The notes under the pieces were generated by a model. The model did not search any database. It was given only the letters and a program-made list of their open reading frames with translations, and had not been told where the DNA came from. Below are positions 1-14,300 of a stretch of 64,000 nucleotides of DNA, in pieces. A program made the translations under genes and the position numbers. Location of the stretch: positions 9,104,201 through 9,168,200 of the forward strand of contig NC_092670.1 of NCBI RefSeq assembly GCF_964355755.1, in the 5' to 3' direction. This DNA comes from Antedon mediterranea (taxonomy: Eukaryota; Animalia; Echinodermata). How positions within the stretch are numbered: position 1 is the stretch's first letter; each line of letters starts with the position of its first letter.

Positions 1-1004
1 GAACATTGATTATAAGCCTGGAAATGCAATCCCATCATTATATCAATTATAAAATTGCATCATATCACCACTATATGTCGTAAATGATGACTGGCGTGTG
101 TGTATTCGTCGTACGTCCGTGTACGTATTATTCCGTGCCTCTTCACTGTCTTGTTTAATTTAAAATTAAATAAAAACCCGATATGAGGATATTTATTAGG
201 CATGATAATTAGAATGTTCTATAACCAAAATGGTTGAAGAGAATTTCTTCAGTAAAATTATCATTGTGCTGTTGATTAAAAAGGCGACTCGCCATCTGAA
301 ACATTCTCTGAAAAAACCAATCGGAGCTGCGCCTTCTGGTATCTGTTTCCTCACAGCTGCTACGTCTTTCTGCTGACCGTTGGGGATTCCCCTTTTTAAA
401 AAACATGCACACGATACTGTACGATGGTTTTTCCATGGTCAAAATGTAGCGTTTTAATTTTACTAAAATACCTGCATGTAAAACAATCATATCGGCGATG
501 AAATCCTTTTTTTTTATTTCTTTATTTTGAAAAGTCATTATAAAATTAAGACACATAACTTGTCAATAAATGCAAAATGATCAATAAGTAGCCTATAACA
601 CTCATTGTCTTACAACACTGTTATTGTTTTAACTACTGTAAATCTATACGAAGGCCTACTACACATTTATACATTTATTATATTATCCTAAAAAATGAGC
701 TGGTATCCACGTGTAGGTTGAAGAAAGATTCGTAATTGTGGCTCTGGTAACTAATTTTAAAATCATATTAAATTAACATTTTCGAAACTATAAATCAGGG
801 ATAATCTTTTTAGAACTTTCAAACAAGGGACTATTTTTTTAATGATTTTTAAAAAGCACATCACTCCATTAAAACCTGTAAAATAAAAATTAAAACACAA
901 ATTATGTATATAATAGGATAAACATTATAATGTATACGACATTTAGCGCGACCAAAGTAACAACGCAATCGATATCAAACGCAACCAATATGATTAAAAC
1001 CGTG

Positions 1005-1200
1005 GGCGACTTTGCGATGGGGCGACTTTGCGTTGGGGCGCGACTTTGCGATGGGGCGAATTTGCGATGGGGCGAATTTGCGATGGGGCGACTTTGCGAT
1101 GGGGCGACTTTGCGATGGGGCGACTTTGCGATGGGGCGACTTTGCGATGGGGCGACTTTGTATGGGGCGACTTTGCGATGGGGCGACTTGACTGGATCCC
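1005..1200. repeat. 17-bp minisatellite (GGGCGACTTTGCGATGG)n, ~11 copies; probably subterminal array of a non-autonomous DNA element
   Basis: Near-perfect tandem units ending in GGGCGACTTGACTGGATCCC; explains ORFs 930..1211 and 1028..1237. Confidence 0.85.
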
Positions 1201-1348
1201 GCCCTACCTAGGAGTTAGTAGGCTAGGCCTACCCTAGACCTAGTACAGTAACAGTAGGCTACCTACTTACTAGGCCCGGGCCTAGTCTACTGTAGGGCAG
1301 GCAGGCCTAGCTAGAGGCTAGGCCTAGGCCTGTACTAGCCTAACTAAA

Positions 1349-1620
1349 AGGACTACGAGGAGATTTGATTGAAGCTTTCAAAATTTTGAAAGGCTTTGAG
1401 GATATTGACCCAAAAGATTTATTTAAATTGTCTCACAACATCAGAACCAGGGGACACAGCTTAAAACTATATCGTCCAAAACTTAGAGGAAATCTTATGT
1501 GCAGGGTCAACTTTTTTACCATCATGAAGAGTCATACATCACTGGAATTCTCTGCCTGAATATGTAATACAAGCCTCTTCAGTGAACATCTTTAAGTCTA
1601 GACTTGACAACTATTTTCGG
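1349..1620 (+). mobile_element. CR1-clade LINE 3' fragment
   Basis: Translates to LRGDLIEAFKILKG...RTRGHSLKL...NFFT then, after a frameshift, WNSLPEYVIQASSVNIFKSRLD, the typical CR1 ORF2 C-terminus. Confidence 0.85.
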
Positions 1621-1769
1621 CTAGAAATGGAATCTAATAGGCACTAGCCTAAACTATTTCCATCAAACATTAAGTGTAAGTGTTAAGTGTACTAACTAGG
1701 CCAGCCTACTAGCTAGTTTCTAGGCCTAGTTAGTTAATATATTATAGGCCTAGGCTAGGCTAATATTAA

Positions 1770-1990
1770 AGACACCTTCCCTACAATTTGTAAAGTTTAC
1801 TTTAAAAACATTAAACCAGGTCATTCCTTGTCTTAATTGTACGTTTTATAGTAAATTATAATAAAAAGTGAGAAACAATGCACTACCTCGTGGCAACTGA
1901 CTTCTCGTGGACAGTCTTTAGGCCTAGCCTAGCTGGTAAACATCGGTAACGTACGAACATCATGGTTTTTTTAACATTTTCATGCTACAG
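1770..1990 (-). mobile_element. Partial copy of the TTAA-flanked element at 3410-4003, inverted orientation
   Basis: ttaa-AGACACCTTCCCT... is the reverse complement of 3860-4003; right boundary is approximate. Confidence 0.6.
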
Positions 1991-2335
1991 GTACACAACA
2001 CATCTTGCAGAGATGACAAACAGTGTGACCAGTCGAGCGTAAAAAAAATAACAAGAGTTTTCAGGAAATTTCAGGACAAAATAACATACATAATAACTAC
2101 AATACATAACATAACTGTGATAGAACGATTTTTCTAAAAAAACACAGTGTATAAGCATTGGTGCCGCGACTGCACCACAAATTGGTAGTGACAAACACCT
2201 ATAAAACCTTTCTTTACCAACAAGCTATTTCATTGATCGAATTTATCCTCCTTTACTTTATTATGTACAGTGAATTGAGAGCTTAGTATATGAATGAACT
2301 ACTAAAAATTGTACATTTGTACATATTCTTGTCAG

Positions 2336-5300
2336 GTACTTGTTATGCTGTTCTGGGACTGTTGTCAATGTGCTTAGTACATCTAGCGGAGAGTGCGTTC
2401 AGACATTAACCTCGCATCAAGAAGCTGTTACAGGCATTCAACTAAATCATTCCAATCAGTTACAGGTTAGTCACGGGTGTATCCAGAGGATAGCGTTAAG
2501 AGCACAAGCGCCATCATTTTAACAGCTAAATTGAATTTGTGAACTTTTTGACCATGTATAACTTATGCCTTTGGGTGTGAACTAGGCATCACGTTGTCAT
2601 CATTGTTGGCATTATGTACAACAGCTACACACCGGTGCTGCCACGTTTAAAAACTCATTTTTCCACCCTTAAAGGTACAAAACGAATTTGCTTCTCAGAG
2701 TTCTATTTGTTTAAAATAAAGTTTGCGGTATACCACGTCAAATAGAAACTGTTCAGTTCAGTCTTGATCAATATACTCCAGAGTGAGAATTTTCTTTCTT
2801 TATTTGTAGGTTTTCACATGTTCAGTTGAAGGCACAGTGAAACAATGGGATTTTCCAGATGGTATTCTTCTTAAGGTAAAGAATTTTATTCTTTGTACAG
2901 TAATCTAGTGGTATGATGCTCAAGTTAGTGCAGGGACACTCACTTTTAAATATGCCTGATTTAAGTCCTTCCACCCAGCCTATTTTACCTTTTTTATACA
3001 GCTAATATTTTAAGTCTTTTCAACCAGCCTAATTTCAACATAGTACATTCTTTGCATTTTCACAACCCACTCTTCACTTTAGCCTACATCCCTATATTTT
3101 GTAAAAGATACCTGCGTGTACTGTACACTATTAGAAATATACAGTGAGTCCCATGAATCTTAAAATGGTTAAATAATGATTAATTAGAAATGTTTACCCC
3201 TTTGAGACACCTTTAATACAGTGCATATCAGTCTACCGGGAAGACGCCATCCTGACAGTTCTTTATATATGCACATACTGTATGTTCATGTGACCAAAAA
3301 CCTCAAGCTGATCCTCTGTTGTATTAACAGAGACCCCTACCTTCTTCCTGATTAACATGTTGCAATGCATGTTATAATCAGGATCCATTTGTATGTAACT
3401 GATATTTAAAGCCCCCTTCCCTACGTTTTTTAGATCTAATTTAAGATCACAAACTATATTTAATGTAAAAATAATACTATAAGGTCCTATTGTGATAACT
3501 TTTTTCGTCTTTAAACGGTTAAAATGTGAAAAATAAGTCGATTCTAATAATTATAATTATAGTGGCCCGCTATAAATCCCAAAATGCATTGCGCGCGGAT
3601 TCATATTTTTGTTTTTCACCTGTAATTCGCCCACTTTTCGATCGATCGTGAAAATACCAGGTTTTCCCCAATTTGTATCAACGGAGTCTGGCAAAAATAG
3701 AAAGACAATTAATGCAGCAACTATACAACGTCAGGCTAGGTATATAGCTAGCGTACGATGTTTGTACGTTACCGATGTTTACCAGCTAGGCCTACAAAAC
3801 TAAGCCTAGCTAGGCTAGGCCTAAGACCGTCCACGAGAGGTCGATCGCCGCGAGCTACTTAGGTAGTGCATTGTTTCTCACTTTTTATCATAATTTACCA
3901 TAAAACATACGTTTAAGTTAAGGAATGACATGGTTTAATGTTTTTAAAGTGATATATATGTATTATTTTCCAAAAAACGTCCAAAATTGCAGGGAAGGGG
4001 TGTTTAATGTTAACAAAATTTCTTTTTTAGACCTACAAGCTACCAACTCCTGTCCTAGGTTTGTTAACATCTTCTGCTCATCCTGATGGTGTATTTGCTG
4101 TTGTCAAGCCTAAATCAAGTAAGTTATGTGCCATGCATATTTATTTTTATATTTTAAATTTAGGGTAAGGTAATCACTGTCCTATCAGATAGGTGGTAAT
4201 CCTCCTGGTACAGGGGCTAATTTGCAAACCATTTCACCGGGGTAACCCCTACTCGTCTTGAATGATTCTTTAAAGTGCATACGGGTAAACTGAGTACACT
4301 AGACCTACAGTTTATAGCCCTTATCCAAGACTTGTTCCACCAGAACTAGGAGCGAGTTGGCCTTGAACCCATGTCGCTGTTATTGGCTCTTTAGGTACGG
4401 ACGCTTGCTTTAAGCGTTTGTCAAAGATAAAGTCAATAATCTTTCCATGTTCCAAATAAGTATTTATATTACTTTCATCTTTTACTTTAGAAGAAAGGGA
4501 AAATTTAGAGCTGGTCAGGTTCAAGCTATCGAAGACAACTGGACGGACGACTAAAATCGATCCGTCGATTATAATGAATAATATCTCGTTTAACTCCAAA
4601 ACATTCGCTTTTGGAGCCCGTGGAAAAATCATCGCAACCGTTCAAGATCATGTTTTAAGAATCTACTTTGTCAAAACACAAAAATTTGTCAGGTGAATAT
4701 TGAGTTGCTTTTTATAAGATGTGCCGGGGATGTATGTATAAGACAGAGAGAGTTTCGCTGAGTTCTGTTTTAAAGGAAGTGCAATTGTAAAGAGAAAAAA
4801 AAATTAATGTAACAAAATAAATTGCTCTATAGAATGTTGCTCTAAAAATATGATACAGTAGTTATTCATTTTTATGGGAGAAACATTTGATTTCATGTCA
4901 AAAATGATATAGAGCCGCACATTTTTGGGAAATGTAAATGTATTGTAGATTTTTATTTTGATTGTTGGGCTTGTTCTTTGTGTACTTTTTAAACATTTTT
5001 ATGAATCCTTGTATTACCACAACCAAATGAATTTCCCTGGAATTTGGGATAATAATGTTTTTTTGAATTGAATTTAAATTGCTAGGGGTCATAGGCCAGA
5101 ATAAATTTTTCCTATGACATGTTTCTGACCTTTTGGACTTCCAAGACAAGTTTGCATTTTAATGAGTTTTTAACTCTTTAGGTACTGCACTGCACATCTA
5201 TTGAGTCTAATAGTCATTCTGCGTATGTTCACATGTTTGTGTAGAATGACTCGGCTTCTTTGTTACATGGTACGTCATGAAAACAAACATTGTAGTTAGA

Positions 5301-8300
5301 GTTTCTTTTATTAGCAATCAAGGTAAAACAATATAGAACATGTAAATATCCAAAACTTATTGAAACAGTAAAAATATACTAAATAAAACAATTGCGCAAA
5401 AGAACAGACCTTGATTATAAGAAGAAAAGGCAAGAGAAGTTTCCTTATTTCCACTTGGTTCCTTTTGTGATTACAAAAACTGAACAATTGCACGGAAAAT
5501 CTTTACAGTGGATTAGGAATAAAATCGTTAACTGATTTCATCTGTTAGGTTGAAGGAGAAACGGATAAGGTTCACGTGCATCGCGTGCCATCCAACAGAA
5601 CTCTGTATCGCAGCCGGCGATACGCTTGGAAGAATCCATTATTATAGGAACTTCACCGAGGTTGAAAATGTGGCGAAATCAGTGAACCATTGGCATTCTT
5701 TACGTGTTGAAGATTTGTGCTTCACATCAGAAGGTGAGACTTGATATTCATTTTATGTAATGTTGATAAAAATTGATATAATACAACTGCTTTAGTTACT
5801 GTATAGTGCATACCATGTCTTATTTGTAATAATTTATATTTTCAGGGTCTTATTTATTCAGTGTTGGTCATGAGTGTACAATGGTCCAATGGCAATATAA
5901 CACAAATCATAAAGATTTCTTACCAAGGTTGTTGAACCCTATAAGTCACGTGAGCTCATCACCTGACAATCAAATTCAGGCATTAAGCTTATTTAATAAT
6001 GGTAAGAAAAAAGTTTGACATAATTTCTGAATTATGACACTGTATTTTTTTTATGATAAAAAATAAAAAGTAAACACTCATAAAGACTTCCTTTCTTCTG
6101 CACTATCAAACTTTATGTGACAAAAAAAATGTGATGTGCCTATATATGGACACAATGATGTCATATCACTAACATATTTGGGAACATCACTAGTTTGATA
6201 GTCTAGACAGAGCTTTATAATTCTAAGTAGCATTTTTTTTTTAATTGATTAATTATTGGTTATTGTACCAGCTTGAGCTTCATCAACCTGTCACAGAAAC
6301 TGTTAAGTGGCCAATTTTTGCCATTGATAAGAAAAGAGTTACCATTGATAATAGTTGCTGTTGCTACCTATGTGTTTCAGTATTGGCATAGTTATTTTTG
6401 TACAAAATGTGGGGTTAATCACCTGTGTCTTACAGCCTACCTGGGCTGAATCATGCACAGATGTAGACATCTTCCCAGGGTCACTTTGTGTCGAACTTCC
6501 ACCACGAGGAAAGGGACCGAGTAGAGGGTTACCACGGGGTAACCCCCCGGCCGTATCTTCCAAAAGATGCACTTAGTTCTTCAATTTATTAAAAGAACAA
6601 CTTAATACCAAGCTTACATAATATATATTTCATTGTAAAAAATTGTTAACCAAATTTCTTTTTTTAATAGTTATTTTATTAGTGTCCAACAACTGTGTTG
6701 TTCGAACTATTCAAGGTTTAAATCATGGACATCTACAACAGCAGAAACAACCACCGTGCCATGCTGGTCTGACCTTTGACCCTCGAACCAAGGCATTGGT
6801 TGTTAACGGAAAAGTTGGCCATTTACAGTTCTACCAAGTGGAAGAAGACCGCTCTCTTTACAATGTACGTTGGATTAATTTTTATTGACAGTAACCCAAA
6901 CGGCACTAATAAATCCAATATATACAAGATTTTGGGGATTATTACATATTTTTTGCAGCTTGATATAGTTGGACAAAACTATATCTCTCCCGAATCTCTC
7001 GACAGTAATCCACACTGCACTAATAAATCCAATATATACAAGCTTTTGGGGATTATTACATATTTTTAAAAACTAAAGTTTCACGTTTTTAAAATTTCTT
7101 GCAGCTTGATATAGTTGCACAAAACTATATCTCCCCCGAATCTCTTGACAAACCACTCATTCACACGGATGTTGATCACATGGCATTCAACATGGATGGT
7201 CATTGGCTAGCCACTATTGAATCTAGGGAGGATGGACAAAACTCTTCTGAACTTAGGTTAAAATTTTGGTGTTATGATGATCAGAAAGATAGGTGAGATC
7301 AGTTATTTAATTAATTATTATTATTAAGAGTCAGCTGAGAATTTTTTTTATAAAAATTGATAATTTAGTCTTGAGGCTTTGGTGATCTGTATGCCAAACC
7401 CTGTTCTTGAGGATAAGTAAATTATTCTTAAGATATTTTTTTTCAAGATTTATTCTTTCTTTCTTTACAGTTTTATATTAAATACCAATGTCGAGAACCC
7501 ACATTTAGTAAAGATCACAAGTTTGTGTTTCCAACCATTGCTTAGCAACAAAGAAGCCACACCCACGGCCGTCACAGCAAGTGTTGATGGGAAGTTTAAA
7601 ATTTGGAATCTTGTAGATGACTCTGATATTTATAGTATGGAACATTTTAAAGTTGAACTTTTACTATTTCTATTCCACTGCAAGCCCACTTGAGTGCTAT
7701 GTAGGCCTAACAAGCATTGAAACAGACATGTGACCCCATATAATAGGCTTTATCACCTATATTAATTCAGCCTTAAGGCCCATTTACACTAGTACGATAA
7801 CGATCGACGATTAATAGATAAGCATGAATTTTTCTTACATAAAACAAAAGAATTTAGAGAATTATAAAATACTCATTAATGCTGTTTTTGATAAAAATAA
7901 TATTTTTAAAAATTCAATCAAATGACACAATCAATAAAAAATCAAAAATCGTTGTATTGTCACGATAGTATTGCTCTTACTAATCATGATGTCATTTGAT
8001 TGGACCTGTGATAATATCATTTTCTTCAAAGGAAGCATAGATGGTTCCTAAATAGTTCTAGAATTAAAACTGTTTAGATTTCTTTTGTTTTATGTATGAA
8101 CAATGCATATTTGTTTATTTATCGTCAATCGTTATCGTCCTAGTGTAAATGGGCCTTTACCACGTTGAAACACAGGTTCTCATCAGATCACCAAGTTAAG
8201 CAACTCATCAATTCAGAAATGCACCCTCTATAAAAATAATTTCATTCTTGGAAATGTAGAATGGCTATTAAAAATCAGATGGGGATCATTTAATGTTATG

Positions 8301-11300
8301 TATCTTTATATATTGACCAAAAAATTTGTTTGCTCATATAGGGGGACCCTACTAAGTGGACACCTTTGGGAACCAACTAAGTATCCTATTTATAAAAAGA
8401 GGTGTCTCTAAGTAGGGGGTGTTCCAATGGAGTGGTTCTACTGTAATCCAAATTCTGTAGCCATCTGTTGATGTAATGATCAACTTTTCTTTTTATTTCT
8501 ATTTTTTTTCAACACACATTTTAAAAATTTAATTTTTACTTTCCTGTTTTATAACTAAAAATACCAACAACACCTGAAATTAAATAGATTGTATTTTTAG
8601 TTGTCCGCTTATTTCTCATAGGAAGTAACCAGTGCTGGAATTGTGGTTCCGCGGGATTTTACCGAGATCTTCCATGCGGGGAAGTGTGCTTTACTAGCGA
8701 TGGCTCGTTATTGGCTGTAGCTTTTTCACATGTCATTACCCTTTGGGATCCAGCAACGAATGTATTAAGGACTACCCTGTCACATGATTCAAAACATCCA
8801 ATCAGGTTAGAACATTAAATTATTTTTATGCGATAATTGAGGTATCGATATAATTGGAAACAGTCCATTAATAGAGTTTTGAGTTTGTTTGTTGGAGCAC
8901 TCGTGGCATGACAGAGGTTTATTATATTGATTTCAATAAAAATTCCTTATTCCTAAATTTAACCACTTGTTTGTGCAATTTATTGATGAAAAGTTAGTGA
9001 AAATGTTTGTATGATTTACATCTGTCTCATACCAATGCACAACGTGACTGCAGATGTTGTAACTAATAAAATGTATCACCACAGTAGTCAAGACATGAGA
9101 TTATCCATCAAGTAAGTACTATAATTCTTTATTGTTCCAACATATTTTAATTCTACCGACAGAAATTTATAAATGGTATTGCTAAAACTTTGCATATATG
9201 TAATGTATGTTTTTATTACATGTTCCTCTTATGTTTGCTTTTTAATTTTTGATAAATTGCCAATGGTATTTAAGGAATAATTTTTTTTTCTGTGTGAGGT
9301 TGGGATTTTAATCAGATCAAGCTAGATAAAGCGAATATTATGGTGTCGGATTTATACATATATGTATGTAGACTAAAAAAAAATACTAAACTATATTGAT
9401 GTAAAATATTGTTACTAAATTGTTGTAGACAAATCACAACTAGTATTATTATTATTAATAATAATGTTACTACAGTATTAAATAATTGTCTTATGGTGCT
9501 CTCTTAACCATCATCACTGTCTTCTTTAGACTATAACGATGAGTCCCTGTGAAATGATACCAAATAATACCTCTACTAGAAACAGGAATAGGTCCTGGGG
9601 TTTGGTAAGGCCCATTTAGGTTTGAATGATAGCCACTTTTGAACCACCAAGCACCTTTGTAATTCACAGCTAAGTTCCAAAAACGACTTTTGTCATGGTC
9701 TCTGTCGTAGGTTGTAAACTGTTGATTATTGTGGTATGTCATAGCATCACCTAAAAAAATATTATTATAAATCATTTTATCATTATATTTAAGTAATGTT
9801 TTCTTAAATATTTAAATTAATAATAATAATATATATCATAATGATGATAATTTGCGATATAAAAATAGAAATGCAATTATAAAATCTATCCTACTGCATT
9901 GTAATCAATGTATGCCATTTTATATAATAGTGCCATAGTTTTTGGTGATTTCTAGTTCATAAATTTGTTCATAGATGCTTGTCTTGTTTTACCTTACAAT
10001 TCCATTATATTATAGTTCATTTTCCTATTTAATTTCTGTTCAAATGTTCATAGAGTGAGTATCAGTCTCTTAATACAGATATTGCAATTTAGTCCATTGA
10101 TACATTCCATACCAAGCTTAAAATGTTTCTTTTGCACTCTTTACTATCGCTTTTGAAATAATCACTTTCGTAACTGTGAGGTCCGTGTTTGCACAACATA
10201 AAACTCTTTTCTTTTACTCCGAAATATAATACAATTTTTACACCTTTTTTTCTTTTTAAACTTCTAACTTCAAGATGAAATAAATTGTATGGTGATATAT
10301 CATGTGATTCATTAATATTTAAAAGTTATGAATGCTAAAAATCCTCCAGTGGGTTTTTATCACAAAGATACACCCTACTAAAATATCATTATTCAATCTG
10401 TTTTTCCTAAAATGTGTTTCTTTGGAGTAAAATTAAGTTATTGATTGTTTTACTAACCAACTGTTCCTCTAAATCCTGTCCCTCCATTACTGATTGTCAA
10501 AGTATAGTTAGACTGCTCAGTACCAATGCGAAAGTGAGAATATCTTCGATACTTCATTGTATTCAATGCACCAGTAAGCTCTATTAAAATTTCATAATCA
10601 CCATCAGATGTTATACGGTTGATCTGTTCGTTACCAAGCCAGAACTCTGAGTTCACATTTCCAAAACCATCTTTGTAGTCGGCCCAATTGCGGTAAAAAT
10701 TTACCGAACCATCTTCTCTTCGTTGTATCACCTAATAGTAATAATACTGAGTTTTCAAAGACGTAAACCTTAAAACTGATAATGTTACTTCCCAATTTTG
10801 TAATGCAAAACTCTGCGAACTTAGTAAACAAATTGATATATGTATATGCGCAAGTTTTACAGAAAACCGTCAAAAATAGTGTAGCGTAGAAAGATCAGAC
10901 TATCACACACCTTTTCGACCAATGAAAACAAATGCAAGTCATGGTTGTAGAAACCTACATTGGCCATCATCGTTTGTTTTACTGGAATGTGTCCACTTAA
11001 TACGACGAGTGCCCCAAGGTAGATTTTCTACTGTAAATAGGTTGTGGACATCTTCATTTTTACTTTGTAGAATTAAGGACTCTATAGTTTAATAGTGATA
11101 ATGTAAATTGTATATCTACCAAGCTATCTTCATTGTTTTCTACTCTATATTTCAGCTTGATTGCTTTATATTCTCCAGGCCTTGTCTTTTTAAAATTGTA
11201 GGTTTCCTACAAATTGCACTCCTCAATACATTTAGGGGTTCTGTAGTTGTGCTGTTTGTACTTTGGTGTGTAGAAATTTACCAAATTTAGGAGTGTTGTA

Positions 11301-14300
11301 TTAATCGCTCTCCTCAAGGGCAGTTTAGGAGTGTGTTAGGCGAGTGATCACACTCACTCACCTTAAAAGACAAGGCCTGATTCTCTATCTCTCACAGTTT
11401 GCATTGATGAAGGCTAGTGTTGCCAAAGCTTATATGACAATTTTTTTCTGGCTGTTTTACTTTATTGTGTTGATTTAGCATTTTTGTCTTATTTTATTTT
11501 GTATCTCCATTAAGATCCAGCCACTGAATTGTCATTTTTTTTAGTAATTGCCTAGATGGATTTACAAATCGTTACTTATACTTACTGTCCATCCACCATT
11601 TGTCCTTCCACCATCTGTTCGCATGTCACAGTAAACAGTAAATGCAGGTTTTCCATCATGAGGCTGTATCAAATAGTCACCACTCTCAGCTGAAGGATTG
11701 TTTTCCAAAATTTCACCACAGTCCCTCATAATAGACTTACCTATTTTTTTTTTTTTTTCAAATAGAAAATAATTTGCACTGACATATTATAGGTGAATGT
11801 GTAATTATAATTGTACTCAGACTCAATTAATTTCACAAAACTAACTAAACTAAAATCACAAAACATATTTTTCATTGCAGTCTTTTAATACAGGCAATAA
11901 TAGGGCAACATTTTCATGTTTTGCATGTTGAAAATTTAATTTAAGTAAAAATTTCCAAAAAAACAATCAAATCATGAAAATAAAAATCCATAAAATTGTT
12001 AACATTTTTGGAAATGGAAAAAGGGAATTTAATACATAAGGAGCTTATTCCCATTGTGTATAACTATTAGCTCCATTAACGCAATTTAAATATGGAGTAA
12101 AACAATAGCTCAATGTTATTAGAATTGATATACAAATGTTTTGTTTCTATAAAATTGTTAAAGCAAAGAAATTTTCGTTGTTTAAAACAAGGTTGCATAA
12201 CTAACATATTAATTACAATGTAAAAGAATAGATGTTTTTATGGCAAATGCGTATGTTTTAGGCCAGCGTTCCACAAACTTGTTATTTCGCTGCCTAAAAT
12301 CAGGTTCCCCGGTATCAAACCACAGCCCAATGTAAGAAAATGTTGAAAGAAAATGGACCTGTATTCCCCGGAAATTGCATTGTAATTTTAATTACTCTGA
12401 TTATCCACCAAAATTCAGGGCAGTATGCAGTCTTCCCTTTGTTACAAACACGACGAATGTCATCTGAACTTTAGCTGCACATCAATTTCGTTTTGTATGT
12501 TTACGATCATTTTGGGTATGTTCAAACCACATAGGCCTGACTCATAACCATGTAGGCTAGGAAAACATATCTTTTTTTTTTCTCAAGCTACCTCAAAGCC
12601 CTTAAAAATTGTTTCCCAAACATAGTTTGCAGAAGGCTGTTCTAGCGGTTTCTGCTACAGTATCTCTCAGATGGTAATTGGTCAAATTTTGTTTGGCATT
12701 AATATACCAGTTGCACAGTCTTGAAATACTAAAGGTGTAACAGATTTTAATAAAAAACTTACTGCATTCACAGTTATCAGAAACTGTTGTTGGGCAACTG
12801 GCAGCCATCACAACCAACATACAGCCAATTATTATTCTGGAATCCATTCTGTATCGCAACTGAAAGCTTCCTCTCACAATATAACCGACAGCTTACTTGA
12901 CCAAGACTATGTTTGATTCAGAAAAGTCTCCCATTTTATAGGCCTAAAATTTGAAATTACGCAAAAAAGTGCGTGCATAATTTAATACTTCTTTGTTTGT
13001 ATAGTAAACATCACATGCTGGAATCAATTGTTCTTAATTTATAATTGATTTTGTGTGGAATTCCCCTTATATTTCCAACCACCAATCCAATACATTATTT
13101 AAACCGAATTCTTTATTTAAAAATTTTTTTTTTCACCTTTGATGATTAATTGGATACATCCCTGTTTGTATAGTAACCCTCACCTGCTGGAATCAATTCT
13201 TCTTTGTGATGGAGACAAAAGTATTTTAGAACAATTAACTCAAAAACAGTAAAATTGGAGTGGAGTGGAGTTGTGGCCTGGTGGTTATGATGCTTGGCTG
13301 CCAATCCAAGGGTCCTGGGTTCAAGTCCTGTCATATGTCAGGATTTTTTCTAATGACAATTTACAACTCCACTCCCAAAGACTTGTAATAAAGACTTTGT
13401 TTATGTAGAGCATTGTGTGTATATGTTTGTCTCGTGAACGGATTGCCACCTTTAAGAAGGATAGTGATTGAATTTGCTTATGGTTATCCTTGGCAATTTG
13501 CCTAAATATAGAGAAAATCATATGGCTAATTGAGCATTATGTGGAATTTCCTTTTGTTTTAATTGTGATAAACTGAAAGTAGTAAACTATTGTTGATTTT
13601 ATTATTGTTTTTTTACCTATGATACGGTATCACGATGTGAAGCATACAAAAGTATTTTCACAATCAACTTTTAAATATTCTGGGTATTTTTGTCCATTAT
13701 TTTTAGTCTGAAAATGTTGTACTAATTTTGAAAGCAAATTGAAAACAAGCAAGTACCTCGTAAATGTCAAACACAATTGCGCTGAGTACTAGCTGCAAAA
13801 TTATGGAAAGCACTAATAGATTTTAGCATTATAAGCATTAATACTGTATATGAGATTGATAGTGACAAGGTATTGAAATCCAAATGCTGAATAGTTCAAA
13901 CAAAAGAGTGAGCAAATAAAATTTGACTATGGAAACGCACTCTTGTTTGGACTACCGGATTCACAACTATCTTTTCTTCAGCGTGCTCAGAACACTGCTG
14001 CCAGAATCATCACTCGTACTAGAAAACATGAACACATCACACCAGTACTTCGGAACTTGCATTGGCTGCCCGTTCAATTCCGTATTAAATTCAAACTGCT
14101 TCTCATTACCGTACTGACGCGGGTATAAGCCCATACTCGGGTATAAGCCCACCCCCGACTTTTGACTAATTTTCATGAAAAATGAGGCACTCTGGTATAA
14201 GCCCACCCATTAATTCGAAGATCTACAGTGTGTGTCGTAATACATTATTTTGTATTTGGCGACGTCCATACACCGAATACACCTAACTTTGAGCATAACC

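Noticed and set aside
230-300. ATG GTT GAA GAG AAT (MVEEN) as the WDR75 first exon
   Set aside because: The following residues do not resemble the expected GG...FS.DSK start and I found no suitable phase-2 donor; probably coincidence.
209-556. 115-aa minus-strand ORF
   Set aside because: No recognisable motif; may be a decayed transposon fragment.
1005-1200. CRISPR-like array or repeat protein (ORFs 930..1211 and 1028..1237)
   Set aside because: Contiguous 17-bp units with no unique spacers, eukaryotic context and no cas genes; the ORFs arise from a stop-free repeat.
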